NCBI GenBank assembly: GCA_022813965.1
Contig: JALDZS010000237.1
Coordinates: 1-32,919 of the forward strand
Length of the DNA: 32,919 nt
Reading direction: 5' to 3'
Source: Toensbergia leucococca
Lineage: Eukaryota
The notes beneath the pieces are model-generated. The model made no database searches and was not told the DNA's origin. It was given only the letters and a program-made list of their open reading frames with translations. Positions 20,126 through 32,220 of this stretch are shown in pieces. The position numbers and the translations under genes are program-made. Positions within the stretch are counted from its first letter, which is position 1. Each line of letters starts with the position of its first letter.

Positions 20126-22865
20126 ATGATGAGGGTTTTGCCTCTGTTTGTTCAGTCCTTTTACCTGCTTCTTCTACGAGTACTGCTCCTACGAGGCAAT
20201 CATGGCAAGTTACCATCTTCGGAGAAGTGCGAACCTACTCTAGGTAGACCCAGCTAACTGATGCCCTAGCTCTTGCGAAGAGTAATAGCGATGCATCATT
20301 TTCCAACGTGACATTTACACCCTCTACCTCCAATATCACCTACACCTACACGTATACAGTCGCTTATTCTGCAACGGAAACTCTGATCGAATATCAAGGC
20401 ATACAAGTTGATGCCCACGATATTTCAGAAAATGCCATTCCTTTCACTATCATCGGCCCTACCACCTTTGTTACTACTATTACCGCAAATGCTGTTGGCG
20501 GCGACGACCACATTGGGGATAATACTATCACCACTGGCTCTCATTGCCAAGCCACCCCAGGATCCAATACCAATTCTGCCCGTGCCGTGACTTTTGCCCA
20601 ATGGGTAGCCCAAACCGCAGGCACTCAGATATACACCGTCGATCTCCCCTCTGGATCAACAACCTCTACGACTATTGAGACTGCAACTACTTTCTTCTCT
20701 ACCATCACAACTGTGATTGACCCATACCCCGATACTGATCCCGAGGGCGCTTTACCTGGCATGCTATGTGATGGCTTCTGTGGTGGCTGCCAGATATATT
20801 TCCCTACTGTGAACGTTTATTACTGGCCAGTCGCCTCTCAGAATACTGCTTGTCTGACTAGCACTACTCCTTTGACTGCTCAAGCTACTCTGACTCCGAA
20901 AGGCTTGGTTGCCCGGCCGCGCGCTTTATCGGAGAATGGGTCACTGGCAATAACTGATGGCTTCACCTTGTAAGGATCTATTTATTCCAAATCTCGTGAA
21001 TTTGACGCTAACCACTTTATCAGCACGTCCCCATCTGCATACATAGTGTTTCCAGAAATCAGTGCCGCCGATCTCTGCGGTATCGTTGGCCAAGCACATA
21101 CTTCAGTCACTCTTGCCGTGGCGCCAGGCCAGCTGTCCACCGTTGTGGGTGCCGGAGGATTTTGGTCAACTTACAGCTTCAACTTTGCCGACGCAGTATG
21201 CCCTCCTGCATCAGTTCTGGAAGATGACCATATATCTTTCATTGGCCAGGGCTACAGGCCGTGAGTTGAAGTTTATCCAAGTTTATAATTGAGAATCTCG
21301 CGATTGATATTGAGAGCAGGATCATTGCACCGCCACCAGGATTGACCAATATTGACCCAGCGTGGACTGCTTTGTGCGATGCTGGCGCTTTTCAAGGCAA
21401 TGATCCTCCTATTGCGCTCACTCCAGTCGGGAATCTGGTTGCTTCAACGACAAGCCAGGATCCGAAGCAGACCTCGGATCCTGCGAGTCCTAGTCCCTCC
21501 CTCCAGATTCCACCTGCGAAGACCACTCCTGCGACTACATTGGCAGTAAATCCGACACCACAGTCCGAAGTTCAATCTCCAGTCGACCCTTCATCATCAA
21601 CTGTGATCCCTGAAGACCCATCAGCCACAAACCCTACGATACCAAGTCCAACTTCAGTACATATCCCGGATGATCCAGCTGTTTCTTCTGCACAAGTCTC
21701 GGATGATCCAGGCGATTCGTCAACACTGTTCCTTGCACCTCCAATCATTCTCAAGACAGACAGTACTGAGCCATTTAATCAAGGTGCAGGTCCCACTTCC
21801 AATGCCTTGGTCCCTGAGTTGTCATCTTCTGCGCCTGTTATAAACCCCACGCTACCTGGAGATCCCAAAGTTGAGTCTTCAAATGACTCAATTCAGCTTC
21901 CCCAGCAGACTACAAGCATCGAATTTTTGATCACCGGCACAGATTCCGTCGGATCTCTCATCATCTCAACAAGTGCTTCAGTGATTATTTACCAGAGCGC
22001 GTTCGATCCTAACGCTAGCCCTTCATCAAATGATCCGCAAAACGACTCTGGAGATGAAGAGCTGCAGGTCAGTGCTGTTGTTGTAACGTCAACAAATGCT
22101 GCTGGAGCGCACTTTACGAGTTTTGGAGTGGTAACAGCCGTCAATACCCAGCCCGCCCAATCGCAATCACTAGATCCTGCAATCGTATCGGGAGGCTCCG
22201 AGTTGGTTATATCAGGCACAACCATTTATATGCCGTCTTCAGGCTCTAGATCGGGTGACGATGGGAGTACGGCCAGTCTAGGTGCTGCTCCAGCTTTGAT
22301 GACAATTGGTTCGAGCACGATAACAGCAAACGGGGCAGGCGACTTCGTCATAGCTGGCCAGACGCTTGCGCCTGGAGGATCTAATATTGTCGTTTCAGGG
22401 ACCACGCTCTCTTTACAGGCTTTTGGATCAGGTGTTGTCATAGACGGCGCCACGATGGCCCTTGGGACGGCCTCCAAAGTCGTAACAGTCGGACCAGATA
22501 CGATGAGTGCTAACGGAGCCGGTGATTTGATCTTGGCAGGCGAGACACTTGTCCCTGGTGGTACAGCGATCACCGAGTCCGGTCAAACACTCTCCCTAGA
22601 AGCAAGCGCCACGGCCTTGATAATCGCATCAGGCGGTAGCACCACGACGCAAGGCCTCGCAAGTCTTATTGCTAGCGGTCTAGGTATCTTCCCTACATCT
22701 ACCGGAAGCGGGTCTCCCAGCTCCACGGATATCATTACTGCAAGTGGCGTCTATCCTTCAGCCACAGTCATTTTTACTGGTGGCGGGCAAAGTCAGACTG
22801 CTATTTCGGTCTATGGTCTGGGACTCACGCTGGGAGTGGGTCTCGTAGGGTTTGTACTTCTATGA
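20126..22865 (+). CDS. Secreted Ser/Thr/Pro-rich cell-surface protein, probably GPI-anchored, with a Cys-containing N-terminal domain; exons 20126-20204, 20270-20969, 21024-21260, 21320-22865
   Basis: Signal peptide MMRVLPLFVQSFYLLLLRVLLLRGNHALA (joined by a GC-AG intron). It has CGGCQIYFPTVNVYYWP, DGFTFTSPSAYIVF..ISAADLCG and YRPIIAPP..IDPAW..C..DPPIAL motifs, a mucin-like middle and a hydrophobic C-terminus (YGLGLTLGVGLVGFVLL). Confidence 0.85.
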
Positions 22866-23448
22866 CATGGCATGATAGTAATTATAGTGACGTATATAGC
22901 TGTGTAATAAATAATGAAGACATGCATTGGAAATGAGATCAGTAATCGTCTTTTCGATCATTATTCATCCTGTGTCTTGTGGTCGCGGTTCGGGGAATTA
23001 GGGCTTGGAGGATGCATGACTAGCGTGACCCTGCTGACGAAAGCTCGAGGCATTTTAGCTCGAAGTGGAATACTTCGCTCAGTCCTGCCGTCAAACAGTA
23101 CTGCATGCCACCGCGTTTTGCATGCTTTGCGATCCTGCAATTGTCAGCGTGTGAAACTGTCCTAGCCTAGCGTAGGGGAACTGACCAATGTCTTCCTTTC
23201 GAGGCCAACTCCCCTATAACGAAGACGGGACGAAGGTCGGCTTTTGGAGTTTAGGACCTCCGTCTGCTGCAGTCTAAATCCTTGCACCACAAGTCGAAGG
23301 AGAACATGTATAACAGTCAACCTATGTCTCACCAATTGAAGAATCATCTCCCTCCTTCTCACCAATATAAAGCGCACCAGTCTCTCTCTTCTTCCCCAAA
23401 ATATCACCGTCACCAGCTTCACTAATACCTAGACAAACCCCACTCGCA

Positions 23449-24488
23449 ATGACTCAAGCCTTCAAGAACGTCCTCATCGTCGGCGTCAGTTAACTGCCTC
23501 TCCCCTTATACCATCATTACTTCCATCTAACATCCGAGTAGGCAGGTGGCAATCTCGGCCCCTCGATTGTCTCTGCCCTCACCTCCAACAAAGCCTTCAC
23601 AGTCTCCGTCCTCACCCGCCCAACATCAACCTCCACCTTTCCCCCCACAGTCAACGTCCACAAAGCTGGCACCCCGTACTCCGAAACTGACCTCCTCGCC
23701 GCTCTCAAAGACCAAGATGCTGTCATCAATCTCAGCCCCCCAATGGATATCGACCAACACAAACTTCTCATTGACGTTGCTGTCAAGGCTGGCGTCAAGA
23801 GATATATTCCCGGGGAGTTCGGAAGCAACACCCCTGATCCGCAGGTGGTAGAGCATGTGCCAATATTCAAGGGCAAGGCGACTATAGCCGACTATCTCAA
23901 GACCAAGGAGAGCGAAGGCATGACATGGACAGGAATAATTACAGGTGGATTTTTTGACTGGTCTGTTTCCCCTGCGCTCACCTAATCAACTTGTCAAACC
24001 CATCTCCTGTAAAAATCTAAACTCACCCACCCAGGGGTCTCTCGACCGGTTTCCTAGGTTACTCCATCCCCAACCATACAGCTACCATCTACGACGATGG
24101 CAGCAACCCCATACCTCTCACCACCTTGTCCACCATCGGTGCCGCCGTCGCATCCGTCCTCGCCGACTCTTCCCTCCCCACGAGCAACAAATACATCTAT
24201 ATCTACTCCTTCGTTGCGAACCAAAACTCCATCCTCGCGTTTCTCGAAAAAGCCATGGGTCAGACATGGAACATTGAGCATACCACTGTGGAGAAGGAGA
24301 TAGGGCTGGGGAAAGAGATGTTGGCTGAGGGGAATTTTGCAGGCATGTTCAAGTTATTGCTTGGACATGTGTATGGGGATGACGGAAATTGGACGGGGAA
24401 GGTGGAGAGGGCAAATGCGATGTTAGGGCTAGAGAAGGACGATTTGAATACTGAGGTTCAGAAATTTGTGGAAGGGCTAAAGAAATAG
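23449..24488 (+). CDS. NmrA-like / isoflavone-reductase family atypical SDR; exons 23449-23484, 23542-23960, 24035-24488
   Basis: MTQAFKNVLIVG|AGGNLGPSI (GxxGxxG Rossmann motif), ALKDQDAVI, AVKAGVKRYIPGEFG, WTGIITGGFFDW|GL. The introns are GT-AG and in frame. Confidence 0.92.
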
Positions 24489-25204
24489 GACGATAGACGT
24501 CTTGCGGAGGAGGTGACCTGCTTAGGCCTGCCCAAACCTCTGTGGAGTTCTCTTTTCAAGAGGCTATGTCAGTCCGAGTGGCCTTGTCAGGTATAGACTT
24601 GCAGTCAAGATCTGTTGGATATCAACGATCCATATTTCATGATTGAGGAAAGACACAAAGTCTCCATCCCAAACAATTTCTGCCTTCAAAGTCCATGGCT
24701 TTCCAAGCGACATTGACCCTAAGGTCATTTTCAGCAAAGTGAAACCCTTCAAGATAGCCCTCGGATATCATTTCGGTTGAAACGTAAAGCGGATCAGTCT
24801 CCAGTGTCCTTTGTCAGGCGGGATTAGGGCCAGAGGAGAGACCTTTTTATCAAAGGGTCAAGAAAAGAAGAGGTTTTCTCTGAATGTTCGTTGTCGAGAC
24901 AGGGAATGTTTTAGTAGTTGAGAGGTGTTGGTAGAGTCGCTAAATCCCCCTTTTATCTGTCTTCTTTCCTTTTCTTCGTCTTTTAATCTTTCTCGGATGT
25001 GCTCGTAGCATGGCGTGGTCGTCTTAGGAGCTGGTGAGGTTGTGGAGGAGATAGAATCGGGGCTGTTGTTTTGGTTACGGGACTTTTAGCTGAGGTATCA
25101 AGATATGATTAAATAGGTACTTCAGTGTCAGCGACTACCTTACTCAGTCTTACCGCGGCTGCCTTAGCGCATTGGAGATCTGCCGCTAAGGCTGACGAGT
25201 GTGT

Positions 25205-25395
25205 TGAAGGAATTCAAAGATTAAAAGTGTCTGGATTTCACAGAATGACTTTCAATTTATCTAAAGCTTAAAAATTACGTCTTCTTTTTTAAGATGATCA
25301 GTTCAGATAGACTTTAATGACTCTCTGATAAGATATTGACAAAGTGATATGTATTCAAGCCTTAATTTTTAAAAGAGAAGAAATTAAACCCTTAG
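25205..25395. repeat. Short AT-rich, CpG-poor patch, probably another mutated repeat relic
   Basis: Abrupt AT-rich stretch with a single CpG, compositionally like 8.7-9.4 kb. No identifiable termini or ORF. Confidence 0.3.
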
Positions 25396-25509
25396 TGCCT
25401 CACTTCCCGAGACTCCGTATCTACCTACGGCATCTCGAATACTACCTTTAAACTTCTTGAAGCTGCCAACTTGTCGCCATAGCTACATCCTTAATTATCC
25501 TGCCTTGAC

Positions 25510-26306
25510 ATGCCCCAACATGCACGAATTGAAGAGGTTTCCGACTCGGATTCCGATCCGGAGGATATGGACCCGTCTGATTTCGATCCGTCCCAGATCA
25601 TCCGCCCTGCGGACATTCCCCCTCCAGCCTCGGTGCCTCAGCAGCAACTGAAACCTCAATTTCAAGCCCCCTCGGCGACAGACGTGGAGCGGCACAAGCG
25701 CTGGCAATGCCTATACCCTGTCTACTTTGATGCAAATCGAACGCGAACAGAAGGAAGGAGGGTGGGTAAAGAGCTGGCCGTTGAAAATCCACTGGCTAGA
25801 GAAATTGTAGACGCTGTCCAATTATTAGGATTGAATGTGGTGTTTGAGCCTGGGAAATTACATCCGAAGGATTGGAGCAACCCTGGGAGGGTACGGATAA
25901 TAGTCAAGGAGGACGGGAAGATGACGAACTCCAGGGTCAAGAACAGTATGTGGAGTGAAATTTGGTCTTCACTTTACTAATAGCCCTAGAGCACCATCTC
26001 TACGCCTTGGTTGCGAAACACCTACAAGCCCACCCAACTACGGAAAACTCCCCACTTCGTCTGCGAATTGCAGGAATGGCGGTCCCAGATAAGCCGATCT
26101 CTCCACCAGCAGTACCAAGGGGATGGAAGGTGGGAACTATACTACCGCTTCACTCCCCTGCACTGAGTGGTGGTGGTGTCAGCGAGAACATCCTCAAAGA
26201 TATGATGCAGGAGATGCAGGGAGGAGGGCAGCCGGGGCAGATAGATGCAGGGCCTAGTGGTGGGCAAGGCAAGAAGAAGAAGGAGAAAAAGAAGGTCAAG
26301 GCTTGA
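25510..26306 (+). CDS. SEC65: Signal recognition particle subunit Sec65/SRP19; exons 25510-25945 and 25990-26306
   Basis: MPQHARIEEVSDSD, KRWQCLYPVYFDANRTRTEGRRVGKELAVENPLAREI, EPGKLHPKDWSNPGRVR, VKN|KHHLY, TILPLHSPALSGGGVSEN and a Lys-rich tail. The intron is a 44-nt GT-AG. Confidence 0.96.
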
Positions 26307-26978
26307 AGGTCCGTCTTCTAAATCTGGTGAATTGAGGATACCGCAGAATCTTTTGCATAGCGTTGGCGTTGGAGAGTTGGGGGAATGGATGGCGAAATGT
26401 GTTGACGTCGGATACAATTTTGCTTGGGGCAATCAAGCCTAGCACGCTATATGGATACGTATATCTTTGACATGACCCAATAGCTAGTACACTTTTGCAG
26501 CGTTTTTGTCGTCTTCGGCACCGAGGCACCACAGATCTACGTGCGTAACTGGATTTTCATCATCAAGTCTACTATCCTAGTTGCACTTGGGATTCATTGA
26601 AGCACGAATTGACAGGCTGAGTGAAATGCCTCGCTAGCTGAATCTATGTCTTTGTACGAAATAGACGTTTACGTACGTATCCTTGCTGTGGTATTGTTCA
26701 AAGCCAGCTATGATCAGTCCCCCACCACGATTAATAATACCAAGGCAGGTATCATTCGTACTTTATGATATTCCCGCTGCTTCCGCCGGTACCGTCATTT
26801 CATTTCTTTCTGACCCACCAATGAAGTCGATGCAAAGTCCCATTGACTTCACCGCTGATCAGTGTAGAGACGGTCATGGCGACGATCTTGCGCCTTCCGC
26901 TATGCGCCACTTTAGTGCCTATCAATATTGCTTTCCCCGCTCGTACGATTACGGATACCTGCGAGCATTATTCAAGCA

Positions 26979-29900
26979 ATGTCGAATCCACACCACCCCT
27001 TCAGCACTTCTCATTCTGCAAATCTGAAGCAAATAACCCGCAGTAGGGCTAGTTATAGCTGTCAGGCTTGCAAAAGGTGAGCCCTTCTGTGCCCACTTGC
27101 TGCTTGTTCAATACTGATCGAGTTGCAGACGTAAAGTCAAATGTAACAAGGTTCGCAATACTCTCAGATCCTACATTACAATTGCTACCCCGTCAGACAG
27201 CTGATAAACTCCCACAGATACACCCAGTATGTGGCAACTGCGTTAGAGCCGGGGAAGAGTGTATCTACGATTCCAAGGCTAAGCTCCATGCCACGAATTC
27301 TTTCAGTGGACACGCTTCTGGCCCTCAGACCGAGCATCGCCCTGCAACCTCCGAATATGGTCAATCGGGGCTGAAACGGAGGAGAACTTTGGACAAGTCT
27401 GGGGTTGGAAATTGGCTAGGGACACCGTGGGCATCTGGAGACGATGCCTCTGCCGATACATCTGTAAAAGGAAGCTCACGGGCGGCCACTTTACCCCGAT
27501 CGGCCTCGAGAGAAATTGAATCTCGTTTAGATCGTCTTACGTCTATGGTTGAACAGCTCTCAAGTAACAAACCTAGGAATGATGAAAGAGATTCCAGCGC
27601 TTCCCCACCATCGACGGCACAGGGATGGCCGCGACGAACGGCATCCACTTCGCACCTTGACGTAGAGCCTCGTCCCTTTCAACAGGAAAGGAGTAATAGC
27701 TACCAGCGTGTTGAAAGACTAGGGAATAGCGAAGATGAGGAAGAGACTGAGAATCTTGCTCGTGACACCCAGCGACGTGATTCTCTTGCCTCTCTCGGGG
27801 ATCTCACACTTGGCCATCTGAGCTTAGAAGCAGGAGGACGCAGTAAGTACGTCGGTACCACATACTGGGCTTCAATTGGGAATCAGATTTCGGAGCTCAA
27901 TCAGTTGCTCCTGGATCAAAATCGGTATGATATTCCAAAATCTTCAGCCGATAATGGAGAGACAAACTCTGTCTGCGAAGATTCTAGACAAAGTTCGCCT
28001 TTAGGAGAGGCCCAAATAGATATGCTTGATAAGAGTGTACTCTTTAGGACTGTCAATAGTCCGCCTCCTTCACGATACGTCAGGATATACGAACAGATAC
28101 TGAAAGGCTTGCCGACAAGGAGACAATCTGACATGTTGTATAGACACTACGTGTCCGGCATTCACCCATTAATACCAATGTTGCATCTACCAACGACTCT
28201 GAAATGGTATGAGGGCTTTTGGGAATGGTACGAGAACAGAGCAGAGGTTGAAGATATATGGGGAAGCCCTAACAGGATACCCCTCTTGTATGCTATTCTA
28301 TATGGTGGCTCCGTGAGCTGTTCAGAAAAGGTCATTCAGCAAGAATTCAAAAACACAAGCAAATCCTCACTGTCAATAAGGCTACATGATGAGGTCACTC
28401 GCAGTCTGTCCCTCTTGTCATTTCCCCGATCACCCAGCCTTCCGGCTTTGACGGCTTTCTGCATCGTACAGACTATCCCGATGATTGAAGAGGAGCCAGT
28501 GATTACGAATGCCTTTATCAGCATGGCACTTCGAAGCGCTATGACTATGGGATTACATAGAGAGCCTTCCAGATTTGGCCTTCATCCAGAAGGAGCCGAG
28601 CTTCGTAGACGAATTTGGTGGCATCTGTTACTCGTGGATTCTTTCGTATCTGTAGGCACTGGCCTGCCACCAATACTATCGTCGGATATATTTTGGGACG
28701 TGAATAGCCTCTCGGAGCTAAAAGATGACTTGATTGGGACAGAGAGGGGGGAAATGTATGTTCAAGCAGTCTGCAATGGAGATCGACAACCCGACATGCC
28801 AGATGCGTGTAAGAATGAGGGCGAGCTTTCCTCGTGTGTAGACGTAAAGTATGTCGTGGCACATGCAAAATACTCCATCGTTCGTAAGTATACAAGCCCC
28901 TGACCAACTCAAGATACTGACTGTCTTAGTAATTTTGAGAAAGGTCTTGCGTATACAGTTGGGCGTTAAACAGATTGGGAGGAAGGCCCTGGAGACATTG
29001 AGAGAACTTCTTCGCGAGGCAGAAAGCATTATCAACAATGCTCTTAAAAGGATCACCTACCTTGGAGATTTTATCGCTCATCTTAGCCCCGCCGAGAGGG
29101 AGCGTCGGCGTCCTGACCACGTCCCTTCCAGCGCCGCAATGGTCCCCCAAGACTACTTCCAAGCGTGGAAAAAATTCATTCCTCAGGAAGGTCTAGACGA
29201 GCGAAGCGAGCAATACCATAGAGTAACCTTGATGTCTTTTCACAAGTGGGCGAGAATTTTACTGGGGATGTTTCTAGACAAGGTCAAGTTCCTCAAGCCT
29301 TGATGTCAAACGAATAGACTTGACTGACAGATATGAGCTTGCAGACGTATTGTATAGTATATCAGCCCTTTCTGAAGAACGCAAGCAGTAAATTGTGGGC
29401 ACATGTGCGAGAAAAGTATGTGATGCTCTGCTAAACACGTCAATTCCTCCAGCTTGCTTATCCGCTTTCAAAGTGCGCTCGAACACTGTCATGGCTTCAT
29501 AATCAAGTTTTTGCAGTTATCTTCCGATCCCGCTTTTCAACCGTTTCAGTGGGCCTGGCCAGGGTAAGCTATTGTAGGACTCGATATTTCCGTCTCACTA
29601 ATAGCCTGCACCAGATTGCATCAGCCAATGCATGCAGTGATGTGAGCCCTGCTACTCCAAGCACGCTTGCCGCTATTACTAACTTTGATAGGATCATGCT
29701 TGTCGATCTGAACGAGCGTCCACATAGCAAGGAAGCTGCTCGATCTAGATCACTGATCGACCGAGTTTGGGTGCTATCTGACTCGGATTCCCGCATCTTT
29801 CTTGGCCAAGACTGTGTTCCTACTCCTCGACCACTTCGCGAGTGTGGTCGGGAATCTTGGGAGATGCTACGACGATTGCGTCAGAGCGCATGGCAGAAAG

Positions 29901-30466
29901 CTGGACTTGATCCAGATATGATATGGATCGACAAGGACGGAGAGAAGCATATGCCGTCGGCTGTGGACGAGGCGTTCCAGGTATCGTCAGAAGTTGGAAC
30001 TACAGCCAGAGAGGAAAAGGAGAAGCAGCAAAGGACTTTAGTCTTTGACGGATTGATCAAGGCCGCCCGAGCGGATGCAGCCACGGGCGCATTTAGCGAG
30101 GGACTTAACCCGCCGAAGCCTTCAGTGTCCTTCCTGCCATGGAGCGAGAAGGACGAGGAGGCCAATCCTCGTGATCAAGAAATTCAATCTCACCCATCTA
30201 GATTAGTGGCTCATGCAAGTTTGGATCAAATTAACACCGAGCCGGTCAAGGCAAGCCTCGTACCAGCTCCACTGGAAACACACCAGTCGACATTTGCATC
30301 TTACCCTTCAACTACGATTGAAGGACTATCGCCATCGACGGGATTCAATGGATCCCGAGACTTTGATTGGGACCAGTGGGATGCGGTATTTGGCATGTAC
30401 ACGCCTATTGAAGAGAATCTGATGGATGTAGATGAAGAGCATATATCGAGGCTTGGCGGGCATTGA
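26979..30466 (+). CDS. Zn(II)2Cys6 transcription factor with a fungal-specific TF domain; exons 26979-27076, 27129-27150, 27218-28883, 28930-29282, 29345-29415, 29474-29563, 29615-29641, 29692-30466
   Basis: The spliced cluster is SCQACKR|RKVKCNK|IHPVCGNCVRAGEECIY. It also has YVGTTYWAS, IHPLIPMLHLP, AMTMGLHREP..ELRRRIWWHL, FQPFQWAWPG|LHQPMHA and an acidic/aromatic activation tail DFDWDQWDAVFG. All seven introns are GT-AG and keep the frame. Confidence 0.9.
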
Positions 30467-31057
30467 GTACCTGGGTGGACCATACTCGGTAATTGAATAT
30501 AAATTGTGTCTACATGAGTTGATGGTGTATCATGTATTGAGTGAAGTACCCTAATTTTAGAGTGCTCGTACTCTAGGGCTAGATTTGCACGTGAGCATCG
30601 AGTAGGGTATTACAGATAGCTTAAGCGAGATTATTCAAGGTCCACAAACCAGGGTCCAACCAAGCTTTTTTCCCTTCACTCACTTGTCCCAGACCTTCAA
30701 ATCAAGCTTTGTCAAGCCTTGGCACATGCAGCTAATCAGTGCCGACGGACGAATCAGATAGGCGCTGCGCTGGTCATCGAGGTAGCGTTGCAGTTGCTTC
30801 ATTTCCGCTTCACCCGTTCTTGTTTTCTTTGCTTCACTAGGTACATACTTTCTCATTACCTACTTCACGTAGCTTTTACTTAGTCTGCACCTTACATACA
30901 TACCTGCCTTACCTTCAGCTCTTACCTACCTATCCATTTACATACCTTCCCGTACTTGAACACCAACCCCATACAATCCCTCCTCCGTTACGGATACATA
31001 CATTAAATTCACCAAAACCTCTTTCCTCGACATCGACACGAAATATCCCAGCAAACA

Positions 31058-31508
31058 ATGTCCCAATCCACGCCATCCATTCAGCTTCAGCCTCAGGCTC
31101 AGCAGATGATGATGGCTCCGCCTTCTTCTTCCGCCGGTACTTCCAATGGTGTTGTTTCTGAGCAGCCGGTATGTTCTTTCTTGCCCCTCTTGCTTTGTTT
31201 TTTTTTTTTTTTGGTGGGCATGTGGTCGTCGTCTTGTGGAGTGAATTGTGGGGGAGTGGGGGATTTTTGTGGGGGATATGGGCTGATTTTGCTGGTGGGC
31301 TATGTGTAGGCTAAGAACGAGGGTATGAGTGCGGAGCTTCAGCTTGGGTTGAGGGGTGGGGGGGTTATTGGGGACTGGTATGTTCTCTATCTGTGCCTCA
31401 TTACGTCTTTTTTTTCTGGTGGGGTTTGGCTGATTCTTATGGGGTGGTAGTTTCGATGCTATTGTTTGCTTTGAGTGTTGTAAGGGGTGTTGCGACTGTT
31501 GTTGCTAG
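31058..31508 (+). CDS. 78-aa microprotein with a Q/P-rich N-terminus, an LRGGG motif and a Cys-rich C-terminus (CYSTM-like); exons 31058-31168, 31310-31377, 31451-31508
   Basis: Spliced product: MSQSTPSIQLQPQAQQMMMAPPSSSAGTSNGVVSEQP|AKNEGMSAELQLGLRGGGVIGDC|FDAIVCFECCKGCCDCCC*. Both introns have gtatgt donors, GCTGAT branch sites and TAG acceptors. The ATG context is CAAACAATG. Confidence 0.85.
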
Positions 31509-31654
31509 TGGAGGCAGAGAGTGAGACAATGGGAGGCTAGGGTGGGGTGGAAGATAGTGGGAATTGGGTCATTAGGGGGCGTGGTTTGGCGTGCGGTCAT
31601 AGCAGAGGAGAGCGAGGAGGAGAGAAGGTTCCTGTTATGAATAGAATCCCTGGT

Positions 31655-32220
31655 TCATGATGGTGCGAGCAATGTTTTCTTCTCTCTGTGCCCTTGAGTC
31701 GCCAGAGTCGTTCTTCCCAACCTCTTAACATTCAATACCACAAATATAGGCGCATGATCGCTCATCCTCCTCATCTTAACAACATCTAATATATCTGCAA
31801 CCGCTATCCTCTTCCCCAATCCATTGCTCACCAACACCAAATCAATCACATCACCACCCCCCCTCAAGGTATGAAGCCTTCCTTTTGTCGCCCCACACCT
31901 ATAAAAACCAATCCCACCACCCCCAGTTCTCCTTTAAAAAAACCCCCCTTCCTCAAAACTTCCTCCGATTCCTAACACGCTCCCTCCCCATCCTCAGGAA
32001 ACCGTCTGCATCCCTCCCAACATCCACATCCCTAGCACCCACCAAAACTCCCCTACCCGTTTCTCAAACCCCAGCACGCTCTCCTACCAGCTCCTCTCCA
32101 AACCGATTAACTTGCGCGTATGATGATCTGCCCAGGCCCCAGGCACGGGGTTTGTAGTCCCGTACAAATTCCTTCCCTTGGCCGGTCAGCAGCTCCCGGC
32201 GCTCTTTGGGTCGTAGTTTA
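31655..32220 (-). pseudogene. Decayed endonuclease/exonuclease/phosphatase (ExoIII/AP-endonuclease-like) gene
   Basis: The C-terminal catalytic motifs are recognisable (DVIDLVLVSNGL...ILD....RRMSDHAPIFV). The upstream frame continues HHTRK..*ESVLGFEKR...ARDVDVGRDADGFLRMGRERVRNRRKF*, with in-frame stops and a degenerate GDxN motif. Confidence 0.65.

Noticed and set aside
24564..25080. Coding-looking minus-strand stretch between the NmrA gene and SEC65
   Set aside because: The frames are broken by stops and I recognise no family; it cannot be supported as a gene or pseudogene.
30545..30612. Nested short inverted repeats (TACCCTA/TAGGGTA, TAGAGT/ACTCTA) around a CACGTG
   Set aside because: The arms are only 6-7 bp and I see no convincing TSD; compatible with chance.
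31853..31870. Second LRGGG in the EEP pseudogene frame
   Set aside because: It arises from a G homopolymer in a decayed gene and is unrelated to the microprotein motif.
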